Assembly (NCBI GenBank): GCA_000165425.1
Contig: CT868119.1
Coordinates: 1-64,000 of the forward strand
Direction of reading: 5' to 3'
Length of the DNA stretch: 64,000 nt
Source: Paramecium tetraurelia
Lineage: Eukaryota
This document shows positions 11,572 to 24,621 of this stretch, piece by piece (positions within the stretch are counted from its first letter, which is position 1; the number at the start of each line of letters is the position of its first letter). Below the pieces are notes generated by a model. That model was not told the DNA's origin. It ran no database searches and saw only the letters and a list, made by a program, of their open reading frames with translations. A program made the translations under genes and the position numbers.

Positions 11572-13632
11572 ATGACAGATAAACTTTAAACAATAGGTAA
11601 TATAGTCTTAGATTGTAGTAAACCGAGAAGAACAGTTAGTAAACACAGATAATAGAGCTGAATTTTCTTTAGGAAAATTTACACCAATTGAACTAGCATG
11701 GGATAAACTTATAATAAATGCCACCATCAAAGTCGGAAAGGTAATTCCTAATAATAAATATAAGACTACAACAGAGAAATGCTTACTTAACAATCTTAAA
11801 GGTGTGATGAAACCTGCTCATTTCACTGCTATTTTAGGACCATCAGGATCAGGAAAAACTACTTTATTAAACTTTTTGTCAGGTCGTTTAATATCTGACA
11901 ATCTAAAAATATCAGGAGAACTATCCTTAAATGGAAAGAGAATTAATGACATTGACAAATTTAATGATCAGATGGCCTATGTCATGCAAGATGATATATT
12001 ATTAGCCACCTTCTCACCTAGAGGTATATCATAATCTAAATTGTTTAGAGGCCTTTTATTTCTCAGCCAATATGAGACTGACAATAAGTGCAGAGGAAAA
12101 AGCTTAAAGAGTAGAAGCTTTGATTAGAGAATTGGGAATCACCAAATGTGCAGACACCAGAGTAGGCAATACATAGATCAGAGGAGTATCAGGAGGTGAA
12201 AGAAAGAGGGCAAGTATAGGAGTTGAATTATTAACAAATCCAAGTCTCATCTTTTTAGATGAGCCTACCACTGGTTTGGATTCCTCGACTGCCTTATAAG
12301 TTATTGATCTACTCAAGAGATTGGCCAAAAATGGACGTACAATAGTAAGTACCATCCATCAACCTTCATCTGAAATCTTTAATAATTTTGATAGACTTAT
12401 GCTTTTGGTTAGAGGAAACATTATCTACCAAGGAGATGCTGAATAAGCTATTGACTATTTTGCTACCATGGGATATCAATGTCCTAACTTCTCTAATCCC
12501 TCAGATTACTTTATGAAATTGATGAATGAGGAAGGACTACTAGTCGAAAAGATACAAGCAGGAGAGTCTGATGATTTCGATGAGGCTTAAATCAAAGCTG
12601 AATTTGAATAGAGATTAGAAGGATTCATTCAAAATTACAAGACTTCAAACATGATTAAGGAACTAGGAAACTCATGAAACTGCTTTAATTAAAGAAAATG
12701 ATACTGGATTTCACATTGGATTCATCTAATAATTTGTACTTATCTATTAAAGATCATTTTTGAATGAAATCAGAAATCCAATGGATGTAAAATTGAAAAT
12801 ATTTTAATCTATTGTGAATGCCATTATGTTGATGCTTGTTTATTCAGATGTATATTTTATCAAATATATTTTTAGTTGGGTGAATATAATGAAGGATTGC
12901 AAAATAGATTTGGAGCCTTGTTCTTTATTTGTACAGCTAATGCATTTGGTGGAATTCAAGGAGCATTGCATACATTTTCAATGGAAAGACCCTTGTTTTT
13001 AAGAGAAAGAATAAACAAAACCTATAGTGTTCACTCATTCTTTTGGGCAAGATCACTCGCTGAATTTCCATTCCAAATAGTTTATCCTTCCCTTTGTGTT
13101 ATAATAGTCTACTATGTTATTGGATTAAGCGATGAAAATGTAGGCAAATTCTTCATGCTTATTTTCGTCTAATTCTTAACATATTAATACGCTGTCTCAT
13201 ATGGATTGCTATTATCAACTGTTATTCCAAAGATTGAAGTGGCTACAGCACTAGTCCCTGCTTTGGTTATTCCATTTATGATTTTGGGAGGTTTCTTTGT
13301 GAATCAAGACAATATCCCTTATATATTCTACCCTTTCACCTACTTATCAATGTTCAAGTATGGGTTTGAGGCAGCAGTCATTGTATAATCTTTAATTTTA
13401 TTTTTAGAATGAATTTGATGACGTTATTTACGAATGTATGCCAGGTTAACAATGCTCACCAGTTGATATGTTGTCTATCACCTTGACAAAATGGGAATGC
13501 TGCTATATATTAATTGGATTAGCTATAGGAATCAGAATGTTTGCCTATTTAGCACTTCATTTAATATCCAGTCCAGAAAAACCAAAATTATAAGCCCCTG
13601 AGAGCATGTAGATAAAGAACAATCAAAAATGA
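11572..13632 (+). CDS. ABCG (White-type) half transporter; 1-nt frameshift near 12666 as assembled
   Basis: Walker [16 protein letters not shown], signature [31 protein letters not shown]-terminal ABC2 TM domain (ERPLFLRER). Confidence 0.92.
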
Positions 13633-14143
13633 CACTCTATATTTTTATTTATTGTTAAATATGATAACAAAAATTAATTCAATGGTTTTTTCTAACAATA
13701 ATACCTTTGCTTTAGGGTTGTTAATTTTCATATTGATTTTAATTCTATAGTAAACTAACATTATTGTTGAAATTTGATTAAAATATTAGATAAAAAGTTG
13801 AATCAATTTAAAATTGATATTTGATTATTAATTGTATCACATCATTAAAAAAATGAACAAGAAAATAAATTAAATTTGATGAATTCCAATTTTGGCTACT
13901 CTATATTTATTTTTCGCCTTTAAACCTATCTAATAGGTTTGGACTATTGGTTTAAATCTCTCTTCACAATTAACTGATACTCAGGATAATAATTATAATA
14001 TAAAGTGTCATTCTTCTAAGAAAAAGAAATCGAGTTGCTTTAGATTCAACACAAACGTCATTAGATGATTCAAACAAGCAGATTAATTATATAAAATCCT
14101 AAAATTTACTTATATTGCTTTATTTATATAATTAAAATTAATT

Positions 14144-14472
14144 ATGTAACCTTCAGTGACTTACTTTGGACTTTAAACTCTCATTTTCTTGATCATAATT
14201 GGAATGATCTTGATTTCTTTGAATTACTTTTAAGATCCAAAACAAAAGGAATCTAAAGTATATTTTGATCAATCAATAGAAAGTTCAAAATTTGGAATCG
14301 AATGATCACGAATTACGAAGGCATTTCATTAACTATTGACGAAGAATAACTTTTAAAATAAACATTTAAGAACACTCTTAGAAATCGTAAAGTAGCCATC
14401 AGCCCTTCCATTCCAAGATAAAAATAAACTACAAAAAAAGTCAGCTTTAAAAATTTGGATAACTTACTTTGA
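14144..14472 (+). CDS. Small single-pass membrane protein (~100 aa)
   Basis: MQPSVTYFGLQTLIFLIIIGMILISLNYF, one inferred 26-nt intron, C-terminus KKVSFKNLDNLL*. Confidence 0.6.
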
Positions 14473-15267
14473 AAACATCAATTATTGATTATCTTAAATT
14501 AGAGTACATAGATGTTTTCTTTATTTTTTTTTAATAAGTCATATATATAGATTTTCAAGTAAACATTCATAAAATTTCACAATCGGATCTATAAAATATA
14601 ATAAGTTTACTAGCGATATCATACAGCATCTCAACTCTGACCTTACTAGATAATTCCAATAGATTCTACATAAGATTTAAGAAACAAGATAGTCAATTTT
14701 TCAACAATAATTGAAATTATTTTTATTTTTAAATAAGCTTCTACAAAATATTTTAAATAAGACTATTTCATTTGGTTCATTAAGAATTAATTCAGAATTT
14801 TATTACATTAAATTCACCAATTAACAACAATTAATCATATTTTAAAGAATTAGATAGGTTTAAGATAATAATTTTTTTAATTGTAAGCTTTTACAAAAAG
14901 ATTAAAATAGAACCTTAATCATTTTTGAAAAATCAATTTGAAAAAAGAAGTATCTTCATATTAATCATGATCCTTAAAAATAAAAAATTAGATTTAAAAT
15001 AAAGTTAAAGAAAGTAATAAAAAATTACGAATTTTGTAAAGAAAATAAGTTAAAGTAGCATAAGTTCGTTTACTCAATAGGAGAAGGATCATATAGAAGT
15101 TGTAATAAATATGTTCAAGAAAAGAATTATGTCTAATTTCAGAATCATGCAAAATTTTAAATATATTGACATATTATAAAATAATTAGAGCTTATTCAAT
15201 TGATGAAAATGCTAATATAAATTAGTTTATAAGTATGGATAATTATGATATTATAAAGAAGTAATAA

Positions 15268-17129
15268 TCAGTATTTATTTTATTGTTTATACTAAAGGAA
15301 GCCTAAATTATATATTAGTTTTTACTTATTCCAGGCCTTATGGATAATTTTTAGGCATTTGTTATTTTGATTGGTAAATCATCCTTTACTTTTAAAAATT
15401 CAGTAAAGCTTGCTGTTCTTTATTTTAAACTTTCGTTAGATCTAATACTCTCAAGTATTCTGTTAGTTTATTCTGTACTTTGTTATATTGATATAGATTA
15501 TTTTTAAAAGGAAGAAGCCTATTATTAGGTTAAACTAGATTTTTATAGTAACTATTATATGGATCTTTAATCATATTAGGATTAATTTGAATAAAGAGAC
15601 TTTTATTCTAGCTCTTATTCAAAAGTTAAAATTTATTGCTTACCTAAAATCGAGGTAGGAGATTATACACATTCTTCTTGACTATTATTTACTTCTTAGA
15701 AAGTAATTAATTTTGTCTGACATAATGCGATACTCTCTCTTTGACTACCCATAATAGCGAAATCGCTTATATGGTTTAGATCATTCATCTGAACTGACTT
15801 TTTTGTTTCTATTACAAAACTAGGCTCTCGACTTAATTTTCGTAGACTTTAAAAGTTTTACATCAATTAGTCATATCTATTAGACTTATTAGAGAAAGCT
15901 GAAGGAGGAGGCACTTACTCAATAAGTTCCTATTATTTAACTACTTCTTAATCATCATTGCTATATCTTTTGGCTGATGATACTTTTCCTTAACTATTAT
16001 CTAATTGAACATATTTAACAGTTTCTTTCATAATTTATTATTCACTAAACAACTGTGGTTCCACTTATGTTGGTGATTTTATAAAAGATTCCAATTAAGA
16101 AGGACCAAATGTTGTTCTACAATCATTTGCTTATATTATTTCTAATTATAGATTAATGGGATTTTGTTCCATGCTGCTTTCAAAAGAGACATTAATTTTC
16201 TTATTTTAATTCGCCGATACTTCAACTGGTATAATTGATGATAAGTTGCTGATTGTGAATTGAGATTTAGCGTAGATATCTTCAATACTCTCATTCTGTT
16301 ACTTACGCATTTGATTATAAAAACTACTTAAATTTGATTTGCTATTCAAAACTGATAGTTATTAATATCTTAAAGCTTCTTATTACTATTTTATAATTTC
16401 CAACTGTTGCTATAAAATCAAAGACTATTATTCTAAAAATTGTTATTTATTCTATGAGTTCTCTTCCTTATTGAATATCTCTGGATGTTTTATGCTCTTT
16501 TGACTAGAGTAGTCAAAATAAGGCACTTTTAACTAAGGTTCCTTATAATCTAATAAATGCTTAATTTTTTCGTTTTATTTTTGGAGCATTTCTATGGGTT
16601 TCGGATTATTAGATTGATATCTCTTAGTTACTTCTTGTAGATCTCTTAAAATGTTTTATTTTAGATTATCAACCATATCCATAATTTGAGGGTCTTCAGA
16701 TTACTTCAAAGCTGATTTGTTAGAACTTTTAGATGTTAGATTTTATGGAATGCATCTTAAAGGACTAACAGATCCCCTTCCTCGAGTATTGATAGAAATT
16801 GGGCTCTTTTAAGCCATGGGTGTTTGTGATCGATTTTCTTAATATAAAAGCTTTTTGGATGGTAAATTTTCTTTATTGTTTTTTTAAATGGAGTTATCAA
16901 AGTAATTCCTCATGGATTGTTGTGAATTGATTTCTCTTGTTGTGTGTATTACTTTTTCTTATTTATCAGCCTTTTCGCATTTTTATACTTCAGCTACTCT
17001 TTTGGTGGAGGGTTACAAAGTACTCTTGGTTCTGCTAGCTCGAGTAACTAATTATGTTAACTATTAAATTGCATTTATTTATGGATTTCTAACAAGTTTT
17101 ACAAAATGTTGGCGATCGTTGGATAACAT
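15268..17129 (-). CDS. Hypothetical Gln/Ser/Lys-rich low-complexity protein
   Basis: Long code-6 frame from MLSNDRQHFVK. Introns not fully resolved and 3' end approximate. Confidence 0.7.
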
Positions 17130-17151
17130 ATAAATTTTTATTAATAAATTA

Positions 17152-18245
17152 ATGAAACTAGTCTAATAAGAGTATTACTTCAGCAGACCCAAAATCAGCA
17201 GTCTTTATTCACCTGAGAGCAAATATAAATCTATTTCTCATTATTCCGACAAATCTTTAGTCCAGAATATTGATACATAAATCTAGATCAATTAAATCAT
17301 GCAGAACATTTAATACTTGAGAGGAAAGATTAATTACGAAAAGAATTAACTGCAACAATTATCCTTTCTTAATAGCGATACTAATTTCTCATTTACCTCA
17401 GTACCTCTTAGTAAATTAGATCCTGAGTCCTACTATATGAAATAAAAGATTGTATAACTTAAAGAACAGGTATTAATGTAAAATATTAGTTAAAACAATT
17501 AGAGGATGACCAGAAGCGAATGTAATCGATGAACTATGAGAAAATTGACTAAAATGAGGAGTATGCCTTCAAAAATTACACTATGATTGTCATGAGGCGT
17601 AAATCTAAAAAGTAGCTTATTCGGCATAAAAATGAACTAGTAAATTAGATTAAATAATTAAAAAATGAAATTTATATGGATTAAATTGAAATCAATGTCT
17701 AAGACAATCAAATTATGGTATTAGAAAAAAAATATAAACAATATAAAATAAGATTATCAAAAGTATCTGAATAGCTCAAATAAATTAAACAAAATGTAAG
17801 TGTTTATCAACAATTTGATATGAAAAAGTCTATGGAAATCAAAGATTTTATGAGTAAGTTGGGAGTAGGGGATTCTACAGTAGATGACATGGATGATGTG
17901 CTTGAAAATTACAATAGAAAAATATTAAATAATTAAAAAATCATAGATGACTTTTTATTAATAGCATAACAACGATCCTATTACACATTGTCATAAATGT
18001 AAGATCTAGAATATCAAATCAAATTATAAAAGGATGATAAATAATAACTATGTTAATAAATTAACGAACTAAAATTACGCATATCTAAATTCTCAAAAAC
18101 CAAAAGAACATCCTTGGAAAACAATTACAATAAAGATAATTAAAATGAGGATGAGGTAGTTGATTGGATTTTTAATAGTAGGGATTTAGATGAGTTTCCT
18201 TTGACATAATCAAAAAATATGGATGATTTTGAAAGTGATTTTTGA
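17152..18245 (+). CDS. Hypothetical coiled-coil protein
   Basis: MKLVQQEYYFSRPK..., one 20-nt intron, heptad-like Q/E/K/L composition, TGA stop. Confidence 0.75.
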
Positions 18246-18379
18246 TAATTAATCAATATGAAATCAACTCATTGATGTAATACAAAGATTATCAACTTTA
18301 GCAATATCAACAGTTAAATTTCTTTTATAAAGGGTATTTATCTTAATCGTACTTAATAATATTTTAATAATATTTATAT

Positions 18380-18927
18380 TCATTCTTCTTTTTTGTAAAG
18401 AAACCTTTTTAATGTCTTAAAATCCATTTTTTATTATTTAACTCCCAAGGCTTTGGAAATCATGCTAGTGTTTTAGTTAATTTGTAAATCTACTTAATTT
18501 TGTCATATTAATGCATTAGGAATTCTCTTTTTGCTCTTGCTACTCTTGGCTAAATCACTGTAATAGCAATAGATAAAGGTGCTATTATCTTGATATTCAT
18601 GATTGACATACAAAGATGAGTCCCAAAATAATTTAGATGTTATATAACTAGGCTTGTCTTTAAATGTGCTTCTTTGATTATTTATCATAAGTGTCAGGAT
18701 TGAAAAACCAATGCAACCTAGTTTTAATCTTTTTGAATGTAACGGTGTATATATTGTCTCCTGCACTTTAATATTGTCTATTATTCGTACCTCCAATAGT
18801 GTAATCTTTTTCCAAATTGATCTCTCACATCAATCCCTTTGTTTGCCTCCTGACCCTCGAATTCTAGAAACTCTGAATGGAATTCATTGTTTAATGCTCT
18901 TTGATATCTCTCATCTGAATCAGCCAT
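18380..18927 (-). CDS. Hypothetical single-TM protein
   Basis: MADSDERYQRAL..., introns of 25 and 23 nt, TM IILGLIFIIAPLSIAITVI. Confidence 0.75.
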
Positions 18928-18946
18928 ATTTATTTTAATATTTTTA

Positions 18947-20020
18947 ATGAATAGTGAGGAAGAAATTCTTAAATAATTTGATACATTGCTCAAACAAGTA
19001 AATAGTTATGAGGACTAAAATCCTGGGGATGATAAACTTATGGAGTTGATAGAGAAATTTCAACAAACCCAATAAGCAATTATTAAGCAACACATTTTTT
19101 CTCCAAATGAAGAATTCAATGAAATCAAAACAGAACATCTTAAATTTTTCTTATTGCCTTACTATGTTGGTTGGGCATTAGCTTAAGTGTAAAATGAAGA
19201 CATTAGATAAAAGAACGTTGAAGCATCTAATTATTACGTGAAGGAATTTCTGAAACTATTGAGACATTACGAAATACTAAAAGGAATCCCATTAAAATTA
19301 TTTAAATCCATGATGGAGAACGAAACTCTATAAATTAACAGAGATGACAAGATAGCAAACTACAAGGAACAGCAAACCTTGAATAAACAGATACAGGTAT
19401 ACTTGATAATAACCACTTTAGAACTTGTAAAAATTAGATGATGATAAATTATCGAGAGAAATTATAACATTGCAATTAAATTAAAAAATTATATCCTCAT
19501 TGGATATTCTGAATACTAATCAATAAGAATTGGATATACTAAAGTTCAAATCGCAAATGAAAAAAGATAAACAACTTCAATAGCAATATTAGGATCAATA
19601 AGAAAAGCCAATCCCAAAAATGAAAGTCTGGAATATTCCAGTAACAATTTATAATATCATATAGAAACCCACTATGCAACCTTAATTCTTTGATCCACAC
19701 TGCCAACATTGCTAAACTGAATCTGAACTTAGACAAAAACATGTGACCGAAGTTTGGTAACCCAATGCAGCCAGACTTCCAAATATGACTTTAGATGAAT
19801 TCGCTGATTCAGAAATGAAAGTACTGTTCTTAATAGATTCTAGTTTGCTTAAGATTAAGAAGCCAAAATGAAAAAGGCATAAGAGGAACAACAAAAACTA
19901 GAATAAGATAAGGATGATGACAAAGATTATTGGGCAGACTAATAAACATTGAAAGATAGAAACTGGGATGATTGGAAAGATGACAATGAAAAAGGAGCTG
20001 GTAATAAAATGGGTAGATGA
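18947..20020 (+). CDS. TAP42: TAP42/alpha4 (IGBP1) PP2A-family phosphatase regulator
   Basis: IFSPNEEFNEIKTEHLKFFLLPYY, RDDKIANYK, LPNMTLDEFA, RNWDDWKDDNEKGAGN. Confidence 0.92.
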
Positions 20021-20049
20021 TATCTAATACATCATTATTTTGATTTAAT

Positions 20050-20850
20050 AAAATTGTATGAATCTGGACAATCCTCTCTTGCCATCCCATTTTTCCTTGT
20101 TTTATTTGGATTAGTATACTACAACTATGTGAGTCTCTCCTAAATCTAAACATGAATATGATCTCTAATACCTGTACCATCATGAGTATTTTACTCAATT
20201 CCAAATTCATATAATTATTCGAGATTCCCTAAAGCTACTTATCCAAATATATGAAAATTCATTTTTAAATTAGTTGGGAACCCTTCCATACCTATCATTT
20301 TTGCTTGCCTCAGCTTGATTAAAATATCTTAAGCAAAGGTTGCATCCACTTTTCTTTGATAATGATATGATCTGATGTTTGATTACTTCTTGTTTTTCAC
20401 ATGTGGATTTGAGGTTTTATTGAAGCCTCATCATCTAAAAATTCAACAGGGTCATAAACTGTAGCTGAAGATCTGAATAAAACTTCTAGCATTTATAATC
20501 TTAAGTACATCATAATTGATTCAAAGTACATACAACATTAGTTTTAAAATGTTTATGGAGTTCTCTCTAAAACCTTTTAATGCAGCAAAGTGAATAATAT
20601 AGCTTATTGGATTCGTCCCTTGTATTTTCTAAAGACTTCATTCAATTGATTATAATTGAAAATATCCACAATGTACAAATCAAATTTTTCACATACTAAT
20701 TGTATCTATAATTTATTTCGAATGTTCCAAATGACAAATCTAAAGATTAGTATTAGAATACTTTGTATTATTTCAAATGGCGTTATACAATTCAGTTATT
20801 GTAATTGATCCTATGTATCTTAAACTTCGAATAATTACAATTGATTAATT
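20050..20850 (-). pseudogene. galE: Decayed UDP-glucose 4-epimerase pseudogene
   Basis: Collinear relic motifs YIGS, IIHFAALK, SSATVY, LRYFN, DGTGIRDHIHV spread over different frames with an in-frame TGA. No evident start codon. Ends approximate. Confidence 0.85.
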
Positions 20851-20880
20851 ATATAAATATAAGACAAAAATTTACTAATA

Positions 20881-22473
20881 TCATTTATATTAAGTGTTAT
20901 TTTGTTATAAGTTTTTCACTTACCAATTAATCAAATTACTTATTCTACATCTCACTGTCAATGGTTTTGGAGTCAATAATTATGCAGAACTTGTTTGATT
21001 TCTAAAAGTCAAGCTAGTTTGAAGATTATTAAATGCGTTAATAGTTTGAAGGTTTAATTTTGGAATACTTTTTTAAGCTTTCTCTCCTAATGAGTTTTTG
21101 TCAGATTTGTAAATAATCAATTTTCTTAAATCATTTGCCTTTAATTTTGATAGCTGTTTGTGATTTAATCTCTTTTGATCATAAGGATTATTGGAATAGG
21201 AGATTGGATTCAAGTGAGTGTTAAAATTCTTTGAAATTTTGTAGCAATTAATTTAGTTATTATTGACTTTAATGGATTAATTTGAAGAGCATTTTATTTA
21301 AGAAGTTCTATTAATCTCTCTACAAGAATCTAATTTATTTGCTTTACATAATATTTAATGCAATTCTTTGTTGTTTTGAGCAGACTTATTCTTTTTGTTC
21401 TTAGGACTGTTTTTTTCAATATCTACAATAGATTTCATAATTTTAAGTTCAAGCTGTTTCATTTCAGATACTGAATATTTGCTTTCTTTGTTATATTCAA
21501 TTTTATTTTCACTCCTAATTCTACTTAATTTAGAATATTTGTTAAATAATTAAATAAGACTTTCCTTTTGAATTTCTTTAGTTTTTTCTTAAGATGTTTT
21601 AAGTACCTTACTTACAGAATCAGTCGCAATTCTAGTTGATAATGGAACTCTAATTTATTTGGAGCACTTAACCTAAGTTCTTGATGTTTGAGAAAAAAGA
21701 AACTCTTCTAATTTTAATGATTTTTTAAATGAAGGATGTTAATTCTTGAACACTTAATATTTCTAAACATTCTTGTTGTTATTTGTTGCATCTGAATTAA
21801 AAGCTTGCAACATGTCCATTATCTCGCTTTTCTGATCTTCTTGGATCTTAGAGATTTTAATTATTTCTTGTTAGCATATTTAATTTTAATCTCCTTATAA
21901 TTTTATATCTTAAAGAATGTTTTCAACGTTGTTGTTGATGGTTGAATTGTGACTGCTTTCAGATTCTGGAGTTGTTTCTGTTTGTTCAGGTTTATCTCCA
22001 ATAATACCTTTTGGAGTTTTATTTGGATTGTTTCTATTTTCATATTCTATTTATCTTTGTATTTTGTAGTATTCCAATTTTCTCTTTTTGTCATAGTAAA
22101 CATCCAAAATTTTAATGATATTCTAGTGAACAGTAAAGCGAGGTAAATCATTATGATATTTGTAGAACTCTGATAGTAATTTAATTTTAGCACATGATTC
22201 CTGATTACTGTAATATCTCTTCATTCTTTCTCCTAAATCTGAATATTGCATATCGTCCTTAATTTATCACGAATTGCTTACATAAAACTAAATAGTAGCC
22301 GGTGTTCTGTTCTTACCAAAAATATCGTTTATTTCTTTTGTGTAGTAATAATTTTATGATGCAGAATATTTATGATAGAGAGTGTGGTTGATAATGTTTC
22401 TAGAAGCAAATTCTGAATGATAATTTCTGATATAACCCAAGGTCTTTAATTAACATTTATGCTATTAATTCAT
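20881..22473 (-). CDS. Hypothetical protein: conserved-looking N-terminal domain plus low-complexity tail
   Basis: NYYYTKEINDI...MKRYYSNQES..KIKLLSEFYKYHNDLPRF, one 24-nt intron, long S/Q/K-rich tail. Confidence 0.75.
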
Positions 22474-22489
22474 ATAAATAAATAAGTAA

Positions 22490-22756
22490 ATGTCGGAAGA
22501 ATTAAATTCCAGTCTTGACTCCCTCGAATTAGATTTATACCATAAACCCAATCCCAGAATTAGAACCATACTTAATTACCTTCGAGCCTAAAATATCAAA
22601 TTTTGCACCGACCCAAAAAAAAAAGAAGAAGACTTCTATTCAAAACAGTCTTCAACAGAGATTAATTCTGATATGGATTTCGGAATAAGAAGAAATAGAT
22701 TTGTAAATAGAGGTCCCCAACGCTCAGGAATCGTTTTCGTTTCAAATACATCCTGA
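22490..22756 (+). CDS. Small hypothetical protein (88 aa)
   Basis: Intronless code-6 ORF MSEELNSSLDSLELD...SNTS*. Confidence 0.6.
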
Positions 22757-23773
22757 TTTACTAATATATATATGTTATATTTAATTCAGTAAGCGTGGCT
22801 TTTGAATTCATTTTATGATCTTCATTAGATTACCAAACACACTCTATTTTATTTTATCCATTTCAGATTGTTGAAGTTTTATTATAACGATATGAATCTT
22901 TAAATTGATTTTGATTTAAATGGAATTTGGGAGAGCTCGATTTAATTCTGAGTTCTTAAAATATTGACCAATGCACAAATCATTTTTAATCATAATTAAT
23001 AAATTATCAGTCTGGTCACTTTTGGATAATATTAAATCAAAATTGGATCTCCTGAGAGATTTATATTATAAGTCCATAAAAATTTAATATCATTCTAGAT
23101 TGTTTATACTTCTGGACAATTTTTATAAACATCAAGATTATATTAAGTTCAAAATCTTATGTCTTACCTGATTACCATATTGAGAGCTAATTGCAATTTA
23201 TTATATTTGAACCCATAGCAATACATCCTGATGAACATATCCCCTCCTTTTTAAATCTAATAGAAATATGAATAATACCTATGATCAATAATTCATTTTT
23301 CTGAAGTCCATAAAATACAGGAAATGGAAGGATTGTTGAATAATTGAAATTCTGGAGATTAGATCTATTCATTTCAAATATCTTCAATAAAAATGAAGAA
23401 TTATCGCAAATCTATAAAATGTCTAAATACAATGTCTTCTTTGAGCTATGATCTTCATTCTATTTCAAGATTGCTTTACAGTTTCTTTAATAAAGATTTT
23501 ATTAAAATAAACCTTAAAATCAAAAATCTGTTTATACCATATATTTGTATAAAGAAGGATAAATAAGGGAGAGTATATCATTAATATTAGAGAATTGATT
23601 ATTTGGTAGAATTACTAAACATCATCTAAATAGTCTTGTTTTTTAAGATGTTATTTATTTTAAAATAAGTCAATTTTTATTTTTTAATTAGTCATTAAAT
23701 GAGTAATTTTATTGAACACTTTATTTAATAAATAATTTGTCACTCCAATGAATAATTATTAAATATTTTATAA

Positions 23774-24154
23774 ATGCAATCATCTCAAGAGAAACTACCC
23801 AGATTAGATCTTACTAATAGAAGATCATAATCGATGGCCAATTCTAATCCTGCATTGAAAAAACTAAAAGAAACATTGTTTGTTGAGAATTAAAGTAGTA
23901 CTCGTCGATTGAAAAGAAAGGAAGGTGATATCTTGGACTCAATACTCGAGGATGCAAGTTTAATATTAGGAAACAAACAGCTAGAGAAAAATATTTATTA
24001 GCTCAAAGAATTGGGTTTATTGAAATAATATGATCCTACAATAGCAATTCAATAAGGATTAAAGAAAAGTAATTATGTGATGAATGATTATCATAATAAA
24101 AGCACAACAAATGGGTATTCAAGAAACTATGGAGGATTGTTTTACAATAGATGA
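23774..24154 (+). CDS. 126-aa protein with CFAP276-like C-terminal motif
   Basis: Intronless. Ends YVMNDYHNKSTTNGYSRNYGGLFYNR*. Confidence 0.75.
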
Positions 24155-24621
24155 TTTATCTTAAAAACATTTAATAATCAAATAACCTACTGATTCTAAA
24201 CATTATTTCAGAAATAAATAATTTATTTTGTATATTATGATACATTCTCAGCTAATACTGATTTAATATTCATAATTTCAATTAACATTTGCAATTACCT
24301 AAGAAAGTTGATTGAAGACTGTAAAATATCACTATTCTTTAAGAATTACTTCTGTGTGCCATTTATTCATTCAACGAATTTATTAGATGGATAATAAATT
24401 TTATTTATATTTATTTTAATAATGTTAATTTAAGGATTCTGATAAGAATTAACAATTGGAAGTTTCAATAAATAATTCATACATGAACCTAAGTAAGAAT
24501 CATATAAATTAAATATTAATATTGACTCAATATATATTAATATCTGGCTATTTTTAGTATTACATATATATTGATGCAATATTACATGTTTATTTAAATA
24601 AATTCTTAATTTTCTCTCGAA

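Noticed and set aside
14480..15260. Long AT-rich spacer as a possible ncRNA locus
   Set aside because: No tRNA, snRNA or snoRNA hallmarks and no stable hairpin recognisable by eye.
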